NCBI GenBank assembly: GCA_030390025.1
Contig: CM059437.1
Coordinates: forward strand, 94,426,001 to 94,490,000
Reading direction: 5' to 3'
Length of the DNA stretch: 64,000 nt
Origin: Squalus acanthias
Lineage: Eukaryota
Below are positions 1-12,224 of the stretch, in pieces; the stretch's first letter is position 1, and every line of letters begins with the position of its first letter. Below the pieces are notes generated by a model. The model was not told the origin of the DNA and did no database searches. It saw nothing but the letters and a program-made list of their open reading frames with translations. A program made the translations under genes and the position numbers.

Positions 1-313
1 TTTCAGGTAGTGCATTCAAAATCCTAATCATTCCTTGCATTAAAAGGTCTTTCCTCATGTCGCCTCTGGTTCTTTTGCCAATCACCTTAAATCTGTGCCC
101 TCTTGTTATCGACCCTTCAGCCATTGGAAACAGTTTCTCTATTTACTCTATCTAAATCCTTCATGATTTTAAACACCTCTATAAAATTTCCTCTTGGTCT
201 TCTCTGCTCCAAGGAGAACAACCCCAGCTTCTCTAGGCTATCCACGTAACTGTATTCCCTCATCCCTGGAACCATTCTAGTAAATCTCTTCTGTACCCTC
301 TCCAAAGCCTTCA
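1..313 (-). mobile_element. CR1-clade LINE (shark HER1-like), ORF2 C-terminal fragment
   Basis: Minus-strand ORF 117-329 reads ALERVQKRFTRMVPGMREYSY..LEKLGLFSLEQRR.RG..IEVFKIM, the typical CR1 ORF2 C-terminus; runs off the window start. Confidence 0.9.
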
Positions 314-1845
314 CGAATACAGAAAACACACACAGGAGTGCTACACCTCCGTAGTACAGATTATTTCTCTATTCAACACTCAGTTTGTAATTCTACCTCC
401 GAGTGTGGTAGTGACCCAAACAGACCAGAAAGGTTGCAGTTGGATCCTCAGTGCATGCTTGGTTAATGGATCTCCGCTAGGGTGGCAGTAGCCCAGAAAT
501 GCCTTTGTGCTTGTGTGAACTGGATTGGACTCAGCTGTGAAGCACTCTGCAGTTGTTTGCACTTGCCTTGAAGAATGGTCACTTGAGTGAAGTGAGATAC
601 CAGAAAGCTGCTGGAGTCCAGGGACCTGTACAAAAGTGTTATTTAGTGCCTTCAGCAGTGAAGGGCAGAAACTCTCACCCAACTCACTGTAACTCCAGTT
701 TGGCATCATTATGCTTTAAAATGCTCCCTTCACGTCCTGTTATACAATGGCAGCAGAAAAATTCTGTGCTCATAATGGCAGCAATAGTGGAAGATACAAC
801 TCCAAAGGGACAGCTCCAAATCGATAAGAAGTATGGAACTTATTTAAAAAAACACTGCTTTGGAAGATGTTCAAGGCTCTAACGCACTATGAGTTTGGAC
901 ACGACTTGGAAATTGCTCTAAGGGTATATGCCGAATCCCTTGAGTATATTACTGCCTTGTAACACTCTCCCAGTCATCATTTATTCTCTATTTGAATGGC
1001 AGAGCACATTAGTTACTACACAAGACTTTCCTGTTCATTTTACAATGGATGCAATCCAATAACAATGCTTTATGGACTTTCCAAGCTTAAGTCAGTTCCC
1101 ATCTGTAATAAAATGTCAGCCTACGCCTTTACTACGAATCCGAACTATTAAAAATCTGCATTTTCATGTAGAGTATAGGATAAATTAGTCATATATTTCA
1201 ATAGAACAATTAGTAATTTGTTTCACAATGATAACTAATTTCCACAAGACATTCGGTAAAATCTTAGTATGAGTTATTCATTCTAAACTGCAAGGTGTGA
1301 AATACTGCAATATACCAGTAAATGAAAGTGAGATCAATACTGACATTAGGATTTTAAATTGGCCACAAACAGCATATCCACATATTATTCGGATAATTTT
1401 AATACAGTTAGCAAATGAGAAAGGCAACGTAACGGATTGGCTGTGTTCAGATAGTTGACCTCAATTTAAAATCAAAGACTGAAGGAAGTGAAGTATTTTG
1501 ACAATTTCAGGGTAATCAAAAATTGGAAAGCTTCAGTTCAAGTTTATTTCAATGGAAGAACCTTGACTAAGTCATAATGTACTAGCTAACCATGGTGATG
1601 AAACCAGTCTCTCTGCCTTTGGCAATAAAGCCTAGAACCAATTTAGCTTTTTAATCTTTACTCTCTTACAAACTACTGCAAGACTTCCAGGATTGAATAT
1701 AATTATAGTTAGTGAATGCAAAAAAGTGGCTAATTAAATACATTAAATTAATTTACTGGCTTTCTCAATACTTTAAGCTAAGACTGATAGAGATCTATCT
1801 CGCACCTGTAATCTGGTGCCAAAACAGCACTGGATACCTGTTGAA

Positions 1846-1945
1846 TTTTGACAAAAGGTCTTAACTCAAAATATTAACTTATCTTCTCATAGTTCCATCA
1901 TTTTCTGTTTTTATTTCAGATTTCCATTATTTAATTTTTCTTTTA
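1846..1945 (+). mobile_element. Degenerate copy of Penelope-type mini-element
   Basis: ttttgacaaaaggtc..aaaatattaact..cattttctgtttttatttcagatttcca aligns by eye with the copies at 11878 and 21347. Confidence 0.6.
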
Positions 1946-1994
1946 ATATCTACGTGGAAATCTATAATTTGTTACAATGCTGTTGGAAAAAGGT

Positions 1995-2810
1995 ATGTTT
2001 GCATGTATGCTGACGATACTTAGCTCTATCTCTCTGCTTCCTGTATTAATCTAAAGCCTGTGGCTACACTCTGTAGTTGCCTATTTGACATCAAGACCTG
2101 GAGGAGCCAATCTTTGGCTCCACATTTCTCTGGCCTTGATTCCAGCAACCTCCCTAGCTGCTATGAAGGGCTGAATGCGAGGTGTATTACCTTAGCATCC
2201 TGCTTGATCTAGAGATCAGCGTCCTCCACCACATCTGCTTTGCTATCGAGACGACTTTCTTCCACCTCCGCAACATTCCCTGCCTCCGGCCCTACCTCTC
2301 CCTCACCTTGTGGCTCAATTTTTCTATCAGTTGCCTCGATGGGCTCCTTGCACAACTTGAACACATCCAAATCACTCAAAATCCTACACACCCATCACTT
2401 CCGTCCTCCCCAAGCTCATTCCGAATAAAGTTGACTTCAAAATTCTCGTCTTCACCTTCAAATCTATCCATGGACTTGCCCCATCGTAATTTGGTGATCT
2501 CCCCCAATCTTGCGTCCCCACATTCTCCGTTCCTCCCTCACTTCTCATCTCCCATTCCATTAATGCTGGTTGCTTGCTGACCCACTATTGTCCTGTTCTC
2601 TGGAATTCCCTGCCTAGTTACCTCTCTGCCTTGCCGTCCCCATTCCTGCCACCAAAACCCTTCTCTTTGATTGTGCCTTTGGTCCTCCACCGTAACCCTA
2701 TGCATTTTTCCTTTCCCCTCCTGCTCAGTGTCTACTGTTTATTTTGCCCCTTCATGTAAATGAGAAGTTTTCCTGCACGAGGAACTCTATAGAGAAGTTA
2801 AGAAATGTTG
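1995..2810 (+). mobile_element. Old L2-clade LINE 3' fragment
   Basis: atgtatgctgacgatact = MYADDT RT motif; downstream FFHLRNI..LRPYL; collinear with the younger L2 at 54503-56497. Confidence 0.8.
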
Positions 2811-4009
2811 CAATATTTGATAAAACAATAAGATATAGTACCTTCATCTGGAACCTTTATTTTGACTTTTATACATCAGGACAAATTATCAACATAGTGA
2901 CTCCAATTTGCTATGACTACCAAACTAATTAAAATAAGTGATCATTAAAATGTAGTGTAATGGAATGATTTGTCAGCCTGTTTCTCATATGAGGAATTAC
3001 ATTTTCTGAACAGTATAGCCTATTAATCTTTTCCTGTACTCTTGCTCTATTAAATGGAAGCATTTTACATTTTTCTTTAGAAAAAAGTTAAAACTCTGCA
3101 CTCAATTATTCAAATTATGCAGCAATTTTAAAGAAGATATATTATTAGAAACTTAGCTTATCATTAATTCTGATTAACTATACTAGCGCCCTGACTCAAA
3201 CTTTTGTTTAATGCAAAAATACACTGTATTTTAGATACTGCCCTGGAAAATGCAAGATATTTACTGTCTTCTAATATTCTCTTGCTGCTGTTGGATGTAA
3301 TTAAACTATTTTGAATCCATTTAATAAGACATTTGTGAGGGATGTGTGCAATAGAAATAGTTACGGTTACAACTGACACCCAACTTTTTATTCTATTTTT
3401 TGTGTCAACTTTTCTCCTCTCCTCAAGGTGCTGACTCCTTATTAAGGTGCAGTTCCGAAAGGTGTCAGGTGTCTTCCAGTGCCTCACCCAAGTGGGCAGC
3501 GTTGAGGTGAGCTCCTGGACAATGACCTTCAATAACCATCTGACTGTGGCGGGGGTCCAGCCTGATCGTGTGTGTTATCATTTCAAATGTTAAATGTTCA
3601 AGTGTAATGATGTGGGGGGCAGGGAGACAAGTTGAATGTGCACAATTTGTTATTAAAGTTTAAAATCAGAGTTAACCAACTGACCAGAAAAACACTATTT
3701 TGGCATAACATTTAGTAGCATTCTCAACAAATGAGCATAACAAGTCACAATCACTAATTTTCCAGTAAGATATTATTCAATGTCAGCTTACAAGAAACCT
3801 CATGTCTTTCAAGGTCTGCATGACACCCAGCACAAAAAACTTGCAACAATGACACACAAAGTTCCCAAGCCTAAAGTATACGATAAAGCTGATTGATACA
3901 GAAGAGTGACTGAAAAGCAGTAATCTCATCCAGGGACTTGAGCGAGGACAGCAACACCTATAGCATCATTCTTGCAGTTTGTGATGCTCCCGAATCACTC
4001 CATGAGATT

Positions 4010-4066
4010 CTGGCATAGACACAATGGACCGAATGACCTCCTTCTATGCCGTAAACTTCAACGATT
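4010..4066 (+). mobile_element. CR1-type 3' tail fragment
   Basis: ggcatagacacaatggaccgaatgacctccttctatgccgtaa resembles the CR1/HE1 terminal stem-loop (gggccgaatggcct). Confidence 0.6.
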
Positions 4067-4750
4067 ACTGCTTTAAAATCATTTCTACGAATGTCTAAGA
4101 TAGACCAGGGATATTCTCAACTCATGCTAATAATTTTGTGCTCTGCCAACCGATGATGCTTCCTGAAAAAATTACATTAAATGGTAGACTTCCACATGGA
4201 CAATTATACTCTCTCAATTTTACCTTTTCTTTCTTGCATTTATAGATATCTTAGAGTTATGGAGAAAAGATTCTTCTTTAAAATAATTTTGATGCACATA
4301 GTTTGGCAAGTTTTAGAAAATCTTTTATTCCTTTCTTCACCTACCTAGACTGGCACCAGTAGCCAGGTGGGCAGGCTGCCACGAATGTCACCTGTGCAAG
4401 TATGCTTTTCTCTTCCTCCTGCTGACAGACTTTGCAGCCTGTGTATTGCATCCTCCCATTTAATACTTTACAGATTGGCAACAAATCAGCGCGAAACTCT
4501 AACCTTCCACCATCGCTGGTCTGTGGCACAGAGCAATCAATTTATTCTTATGGGTATTTGGGTCTTTAAATGCCATTAAAAACACCATAAACTGAAATAT
4601 ATTCCATGCTTGCCCTACCATTTGGTCATCACAAAAGAGTAATATTTAGTGAGCCCCAGCTTCAGGGTGCATCATCTGTTAGAACACATGTCTGATCACA
4701 TTCAAGGAGGGAGCTTGGAAAGCACGAACAAACAAGATGTGCAAACAAAA

Positions 4751-4843
4751 CGACGAAAGGTCATCAACCTGAAACGTTAACTCTGTTTCTCTCTCCACAG
4801 AGGCTGCCTGACCTGCTGAGTATTTCCAGCATTTTCTGTTTTT
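4751..4843 (+). mobile_element. Penelope-type mini-element, partial
   Basis: gacgaaaggtcatcaacctgaaacgttaactctgtttctctctccacagaggctgcctgacctgctgagtatttccagcattttctgttttt, near-identical to the 11878 and 21347 copies. Confidence 0.8.
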
Positions 4844-4879
4844 AAGATGTACAAACAATTTGGCTGTGAATTGTCAAGT

Positions 4880-5325
4880 GTCAGCTGTGGCTCAGTGGGT
4901 AGCACTCTTGCTTCTGAGTCAGAAGGTTATGGGTTCAAGTCCCACTCTAGAGATTTGAGCACAAAAATCTAGGCTGACACTCCAGTGTAGTGCTGAGGGA
5001 GTGCTGCACTGTCGGAGGTGCAGTCTTTTGGATGAGACGTTAAACCGAGGCCCCGTCTGTTCCCTCAGGTCGATGTAAAAGGTTACATGACACTATTTTG
5101 AAGTGGTGGGGAGTTCTCCCCGGTGTCCTGGCCAATATTTATCCCTCAATCAACATCACTAAAACAGATTATCTGGTCATTATCACATTGCTGTTGGAGC
5201 TTACTGTGCGCAAACATTACAACAGTGACTACACTTCAAAAGTACTTCATTGCTGTAAAGTGCTTTGGGATGTCCGGTGGTGGTGAAAGGCGCTATATAA
5301 ATGCAAGTCATTCTTTCTTTCTTTG
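4880..5325 (+). mobile_element. DeuSINE (SacSINE1-like), near full length
   Basis: tRNA-type head with A box tggctcagtggg and B box ggttcaagtccc; Deu-domain core gctgagggagtgctgcactgtcggaggtgc..gatgagacgttaaaccgagg; L2-like tail aaaggcgctatataaatgcaag followed by (tctt)n. Confidence 0.85.
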
Positions 5326-6205
5326 AATTACTGGCATAGGGCTCTCAAATATTGCGTACTTGAAAAATGTTGGATCCCCTAACTATAACTCAGAAGACTT
5401 TGTAGAGGACTGTTACCTGCCACCCTGCACCTTCAAGTTTGAAACTGAAAATGACGTCAATGGAATGGGAAACTGCAAACAATATCACTGTATAAAGTCA
5501 ATAATCCAATGCAGATCTGACCTTAAAATCTACAGTAAGTAGAAGGCTTGATACCAACAATTCTCTTACATGCTGACGTACTGACTGAATGTTTTAACAG
5601 TCAGACACCTTCAGTATCTGTAATGCAGTCGAGTAAGCCTGCAATAAAATCAATGTACTTATAGTGCTTAATGTCATCAAAGCTCTCTCTGCAAACACAT
5701 GTTCAATTTGCACTGTGGAAACACTGCAAAAATTGGAAAGGTTGCTGTCCTGAATATTCATAAATAACTTTCACTTTTGAAACATACACCCCCTGCAGAG
5801 ATGATGAAAGGATTATCGTGCAATATTTATTCTTGATAATCTCAAAATTTTAAGAGCAAGAATTTTCAAAAGGTATGGTTGCTGCAAAATAGAATATTTC
5901 TCGTCAATCTTGGTGACTGACTGCAGAGTTTAAGAGGCAAGAATTCCCATAGCGCAACAAAGACCGAAACAGTGAAATTCATGGCATAAGGATAGCTTTA
6001 AGCATCTAAAAATACACTTAAGAATGTTTCAGAACAGTCTTATCTAAAGGGCAGAAACTTTGGATTTATCATAAACATGGAGACTTTATTTAGCAACAAA
6101 AATAACTTCAGCAGTCTTTAACCTTGGCAGATATGGGCGCTGGCCTCCGGGCCAGATGGACCAGTGTTTGAATCCTAGTTTAACATTCAAAGCTGCCGTC
6201 AACAG

Positions 6206-6560
6206 AACAACAACTTGCATTTATATAGCGCCGATAACATAGCAAAACATCCCAAGGTGCTTCATAGGAGCGTTATACAACAAAATTTGGCACCGAGCCA
6301 CATAAGGAGATATTATGGCAGAGAAAGAGGTAGATTTTAAGGAGCGTCTTAAAGGAGGAGAGAGAGGTAGAGAGGTTGGGGAGGGAATTCCAGAGCTTAG
6401 GGCCTGGCAGCTGAAGGCACGGCCGCCACTGGTGGAGCGATTATAATCAGGGATGCGCGAGAGGCCAGAAATGGAGGAGCGCAGAGATTTTGAGGATTGT
6501 AGGGCTGGAGGAGATTACCGAGATAGGGAGGGACGAGGCTATGGAGGGATTTGGAAAAGG
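6206..6560 (-). mobile_element. L2 LINE 3' end (same family as 54503-56497)
   Basis: Reverse complement matches ~56130-56490, including the (gtt)n tail and tatataaatgcaagttgttgtt. Confidence 0.85.
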
Positions 6561-7401
6561 TTTTAATTTTTTTTTAATTCATATGAATGGTTCCGACAGT
6601 GGACAAGTAGGCAAAACAGGATGTTGGAATACACACTAAGAGGAAAGGATGTGGTGGCGCAATAAGTAGATTCAGCAGCAGTAATGGGAAGTAGGGGAAC
6701 TGATTCAATCATAATTCCAATGATAAGTTATACTGACAGTGGCATGAACCAAGACCTGAGGTTAGCCTTGTTTACATCAGTCTGAATTGGCCTAAACTAT
6801 GCATTTTAGAAGTGAGATTTTTCCCAATTTTGGGTCCTCTGACATACAAGATAACCAGCAAACCCACGCTGCTCACCCAGTTAAAGGGGAAGACTCAGTC
6901 CCATGTCTATGCTACGATATATGAAAAAAGAACCATCCATTCACACCAGTTTTAAGAATGTCTGACTGATACTCAAGCATTTCTTAATTGTATTGCAAAT
7001 ACAAAATGATCTATTACATTAATTTGGAATTTTCTGAACAACTGTGTTACAAAGTATTGTTGATTTGTGCCGCTGGCGAAGAGACTTAGCTGTAAGTCAG
7101 ACTTGGGGGATGTGTACTGACACAGATGTGCGTGCACGCACGTGCACACAGACAAACATAGGCAAGTCCAGAGAGAAAGTTGCCAATCTCATTTGGTTGT
7201 CAGGAGCAGCAAAGAGATAGGATGGGGGAAAAGAAAACTGGGCAGAGTTCCTCCTCGAATCCAACTTGTGTACCGCTCTATCCAACTAGTTATACAGTCG
7301 CAACGTGGCAGTCTAGGGCCATCTCTGCAGTTACTTGCAAATCATTTCAAGTGCAGTCTGGGGGATGGGGGCACAACCAAGGCAGGTATTTTGGGGCAAA
7401 T

Positions 7402-7404
7402 ATA

Positions 7405-7440
<36 letters not shown>
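7402..7440. repeat. (TAA)n microsatellite
   Basis: ataatagtaataataataataataataataataataata. Confidence 0.95.
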
Positions 7441-9049
7441 GATTGAATGTTCCATTGGTGGCCTTCTTCCTTCCTGGCAATCTCTATAGGGGTGCTTCTA
7501 TTTTTTTTGTGACAGCAATTCGCATGTTAAAGTTGGGGAGGGTTAATATATAATAATTAGCGCTTTAACCATACTTGCACTTAATCACTTCAGAGTTAAA
7601 TAATCAGATTTAAAAAACAGTTTTTTTGGGGGGGAAGGAAGAGCAAAGAGGGGGATAGACTTCTTCAAAACCATTATCTTTTAAGAGTGCATTTATACCA
7701 TTATAATTAACACCATGCAATATCCTGTCAATAAAATACACTATTAACATGCGCCAAGCAGATGACCAAGAAGACGTTTAATGCACTGCATTATTTATGA
7801 AAAGGTTATTATTGCTCGCACTCTAGTCCACAGTGAGATTCAGCAGCCAATTTCAGTTAGCCACGCAGTGACCACTTCATGCAGGATGTCCCTCTTCCAC
7901 ACACGGGCTTTATAATCACGATGCTATTGGGAATCCTACGTTGCATGCACATGCTTGCTCATCTCATTATATGACGTAATGCTGTCTTAAATGCTCAATT
8001 ACATTGCAACTATCACTTGTAATGGAACTTCATTACTTATAACTTTATTAGTCCCATAAACACATTTATGTCATTTCAGTATTGCAGACACTCACAGCTT
8101 GAGTCATTCACTAATAGGATAAGTTATATTATTTTGGCAATGAAACACATCAGCAAACTGTAGGGGAACCAAAATTTCTTCCTTTGATTCAAGCAAAATG
8201 TGCCCTTAGACACAATAACATTAAAAGTGATGTCGACATATTAAATTCTCAATCACAGTCCTCTGTTGTTATTTCTACGTTGCTGAGGGACAGAATTAAA
8301 ATTATCAGCACTAGTCCAAATGGATTTGCTCTCATTCAGCATCCCGCTTCAGAGAATATTTCTGCAAATTGGTTTTAAATTAAAGGAGGCGGAAGGTATT
8401 GTGCCTTCTCAGCATTTTCCCAGGTGCACTTAATCTAATTTCATTAAGGATATCAGGACAGATGATCACTTGTGTAGAAACATTAAGTCTGTCCATTTTT
8501 GTATAAAACCATTAAGTCTGTCAATGTGTCAGCGGGTAAGCTGTTTATTATTTGAGATGGGACCTGGGCTTAGTTTCCCAATAATCTGTCAAGAACAGTC
8601 AACCACAAATTAAGTCTGCTGCCAAGGAACTCAGCTACGATTCCATGCTAATTTGAAAATATTCGTACAAAACCCAGATTCTAGACCACACCAGTTTGAT
8701 GTGCAGAGTTATGCAATTTTTCAGCCTATGAACATGTGTTCGGAGGTAGCTAGGAACAGATTCCGCTGGTTAGACTAAAGAATACACATAAAATGAACTG
8801 ATAAAACACTGCTACAACTGCATTCCTCATTGTTCGTATCACAGCATGTTCAGTAACATGAAAGCTGGCAATGGACAAATTTGCCACAATTTTATTCTAA
8901 ACACAATTAAAAACAGACCTTACAGTTGAACCTTTCTTCAAGTTTCCTGCTGATGAAATTAAAGCTTATTGTAAAATCAAGACTGAATCACTCAGTTTTC
9001 TGCTATTCTTGCCTCTGTTCACAATTTTTGTCTACCCCTTCTGCTGGCA

Positions 9050-9390
9050 CTAAACTCTTGCTGAAGTACAGTTCTGCAGGCGTGCTTGATCCAAGATGTC
9101 ATTCTTCATGTGTGAGTCCTGATAGTGAGTGTTGATAGACTAATCAGCCATGCAGTGTATGGCAGCCAAACCTCACTCCATGTCCACAATGTGCATTTTC
9201 CAACTGGAGTCAATGTATTGAGACCAGTTAGATATTTCCCTTTCCTACTTGAGCATCCAGATGCCAACCGTGCCCCATTTGAGATTAGCTAACTCTACAT
9301 GGACTTTCCCAGCCTGTCTGGCTCAGAACTATACCAGGCCAAGAAGGGAACCTATCTGCCACCAGCTTTACAGTTATGCTGCAGACCATT
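9050..9390 (-). mobile_element. Old tRNA-derived SINE ('family B'), degenerate
   Basis: Shares cattcttcatgtgtgag..gagattagctaactc..ggctcag blocks with copies at 15935, 24555, 31555, 36420 and 47385. Confidence 0.55.
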
Positions 9391-9639
9391 CATTCATTCA
9401 GTCGTGTCTGTCAAAAGGATTTGCTTCCTGAAAATGCTGAACCTTTGAGCTATAGCTGCTTCAATATCTACACATTAATGTGCAAATTAATACAGATCTG
9501 TAGCGTTGGTTTTTTTGCTGGTCAGTGTTTCATTTCACTTTTTTTGTGCTCATCAAGGAGAGGGATATTAGTGCTGGGGAATGGGAGTACTTTCTATTTC
9601 AATACCCAGTGTCAGCAAAAGCACTCCCAGGTAAGGTAG

Positions 9640-9773
9640 GGGAATCAAGGGATATGGGGATTGGGCGGGAAAGTGGAGTTGAGGTTGAAGATCAGCCCTG
9701 ATCTTATTTAATGGCGGAGCAGGCTCGAGGGGCAGTACGGCCTACTCCTGCTCCTAATTCTTATGTTCTTATG
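9640..9773 (+). mobile_element. CR1 LINE 3' tail
   Basis: gatcagcc..aatggcggagcaggctcgagggg..ggcctactcctgctccta followed by (ttcttatg)n terminal repeat. Confidence 0.85.
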
Positions 9774-11319
9774 TATAGCACAGCTACATGCAGAGTAGAG
9801 CTCCCCGACTCTGCCCCAACCTGGCATTCTTTGCATTTGTGGCCTCTAATTGAAATTTCCAATTAGCTGAATTAGGGACAGTTTGGTGATGCAGGGCAGA
9901 TTTGTGGCTTTTATTATCTATAGGTCTCATTGTTTGTGCTTTGAGAATATCAAACACAGCATTTCATTGCACATTCCTACTTCTGCTTGATTTGCGTATG
10001 TCATATTAAAAAGGACCAAATGCAACAGAGAAAATGTTATTTTATTTTAAAGTTTCATGTTTTCTATTGGTATCTTTCAGTAGCGACTATACCACTTGCG
10101 TTTAATGATTATGGGTGAGTAGAGCTCAAATAGAAGACTTGACAATAAACAACCTGTCAATCATCAATTTCATGTCTAAGTGTTACTGCATTGCCATGTT
10201 AACAATGGCACTTTCTGGGTAGCGTGTTGGTGCTGCGCTGATGCCCAGTTAGCAGTGTTGCAGATTGGTGAAATGTGGGTTTACGCCCATCCACGTGTTG
10301 ACTTCCTATTCTTAGCTGCTGTAGAGAGGTTCTGGGTACTAACTGTCATAACTACAAACCATCTGGACTCATATAACTGTGATCTACCTTCAATGTATTG
10401 CTACATAATTTTCCTATTCACAATTATTTCAGCATGTGTTATACCTGGAAAGCAACATCAGCCAACATCTTTTTTCTCCCAGCCTTATTTAAACTTTTCT
10501 TTCTTGGAAAATTGATAAATTGGCCTCAGATATTGGATATTCATGGTTCTCTTTGGGAAAAATAATGAGCGAGTGAAGAAACGGGTGCCATGGGTGGTTT
10601 TCCCTGTTATGTTCTGTCACTGCTCAGAACTGCAGTAGTCACTCAAGTATAAAGGCGCTCATGAATTTCCACAACTGAAAAGTTGCATGAACTGAAGAAG
10701 GAAGGCTCAGTTATTGTTTTAAAAGCCCCTGCAGAACTGCAATTCCAAACAGGGAGGCCTAGCGGACTACCAGGATATTTAAAGGTAGACCAAGGAAAAG
10801 GTGCAGTGGCCTTTTGCTTCGGAGAACTGCCTTCACATCCAGCCCAGAAGGGTAGTTTTATAACTCCTCTGTTTGCTGACAATATGGATCCAATGTAAAA
10901 TGAGTTTGAGGCGGTCACAATCCAGTTCCGAGTGGGCTTGTGGCTCATTTGGCCCTAAATCTGCAATCTGACTCAGGGAGGCTTTGGGATGGCTAGTGTG
11001 GGAAATAGGAAAGTTAAACTGCTACAGTGAAAGGGGCTCTTCTGAGTTTGCTGCTGAGACACATGATGGTGCACTGAACCAGTGTTATAACCTGACCTGG
11101 GAGTGTTTGATACTGCCACTAGGTGCCTGAAATGGAATGTGTTTCATTCTCTCACCTTGGTCACAATTCACAAGAAAGAAAGAAAATAGAAAAGGCAAGC
11201 AAATGCAAAATGAGAGGCATCAAATCTTTCAGAAAGAGAAAATATTTGATTGAGGAGTTGGGAAAGGAGTTAAAATTAAAAATAAATCCAAATTCCAAAG
11301 CAGTCAACTCCTCAAGTTT

Positions 11320-11660
11320 CTCACCCGACCTGTGTGATGTCCTCTAGCCCTATGTTCCTATACTTCTCTAACCCTCTGCTCCTCTAACACTAGGCTTCTC
11401 TTTGTCCAGCTCCACCAGTGGTGGCCTTTCATTCAGTCATGATACTGCTGTATTCTGGAATTCCTCCACCTTTCCACCTCCACCCCTGCTTTCAAAAAAC
11501 TCCCAAAAAGCTCATCTCTTTGACTGTGCTTTAGGTTCCCATCCTAGCCTCTCCATTGCCCCACCCCCATCCTCGGTGCTCACCATGTCCTTTTCCTCCT
11601 TATCGGAAACACTCTGGGACATCTTCTTGCAGATGGGTACTGTATAAGTGCAAGTTATCA
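11320..11660 (+). mobile_element. Old L2 3' fragment
   Basis: ccaccagtggtggcctttcattcag..ctggaattcc..tgtataagtgcaagtt resembles the L2 3' end. Confidence 0.6.
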
Positions 11661-11665
11661 TTCTC

Positions 11666-11740
11666 TCTTTACATTATGGAGGAGAGAACAGTGGACGCCA
11701 AGCAGGAGGAGAAAAAGTGAAAAGCGGCGACAGTCAGGGT
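11666..11740. repeat. Inverted copy of 12095-12169
   Basis: tctttacattatggaggagagaacagtggacgccaagc..gacagtcagggt is the reverse complement of accctgactgtc..gcttggcgtccactgttctctcctccataatgtaaaga, with a few mismatches. Confidence 0.9.
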
Positions 11741-11879
11741 TTCTGAGATTGGCTGCTAGTAGTGCCAAGATTACTCTGAAACAAAGGCCTAGAATGCTGG
11801 GCTTCTTTATTTGGGGGAGGGGGGTGTGGGGGGAGGAAAGGATTAGAATCCGTCACTGGCCTAACCTCTCCTCTGCCCA
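11739..11879. repeat. Direct copy of 12222-12362 (~141 bp)
   Basis: gtttctgagattggctgct..ggcctaacctctcctctgccca occurs twice with few differences; the ORF track shows the same peptide GRGEVRPVTDSNPFLP twice. Confidence 0.95.
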
Positions 11880-12015
11880 GTTCTGACGAAGGGTCATCGA
11901 CCTGAAATGTTAACTCTGTTTCTCTCCCCACAGATGCTGCCTGACCTGCTGAGTATTTCCAGCATTTTCTGTTTTTATTTCAGATTTCCAGCATCTGCAG
12001 TATTTTGCTTTTGTA
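11878..12015 (+). mobile_element. Penelope-type mini-element (hammerhead motif plus 3' arm)
   Basis: cagttctgacgaagggtcatcgacctgaaatgttaactctg..gatgctgcctgacctgctgagtatttccagcattttctgtttttatttcagatttccagcatctgcagtattttgcttttgta. Confidence 0.8.
11879..11915 (+). ncRNA. Minimal type-I hammerhead ribozyme-like motif (stem III CpG decayed)
   Basis: AGUU-CUGACGA-A-GGGUC/AUC/GACCU-GAAA-UGUU-AACU; stem I AGUU pairs with AACU. Confidence 0.5.
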
Positions 12016-12021
12016 TTATTA

Positions 12022-12224
12022 TTCTCCCTGCCTTGCTATCTCCCTCCATGCTTTGAAAATTCTAAAAACTCTTCAACAATGTCTTCGGCTCCTCACCCTG
12101 ACTGTCGCGTCGTTTCACTTTTTCTGCTCGGGCTTGGCGTCCACTGTTCTCTCCTCCATAATGTAAAGAACTTTGAGACATGTTCCTGCACGTAAGGAGT
12201 GCTATAGAAAAGCAAGTTGTTGTT
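12022..12224 (+). mobile_element. Old L2 3' tail
   Basis: tgtaaagaactttgagacatgttcctgcacgtaaggagtgctatagaaaagcaagttgttgtt. Confidence 0.65.

Noticed and set aside
4880-4950. tRNA gene (similar heads at 53759, 57091, 30357, ~19660, ~6130)
   Set aside because: A/B boxes continue directly into SINE bodies or are too decayed; these are SINE heads, not tRNA genes
7180-7553. ORFs with poly-Ile / poly-Asn runs
   Set aside because: Artefacts of the (TAA)n microsatellite
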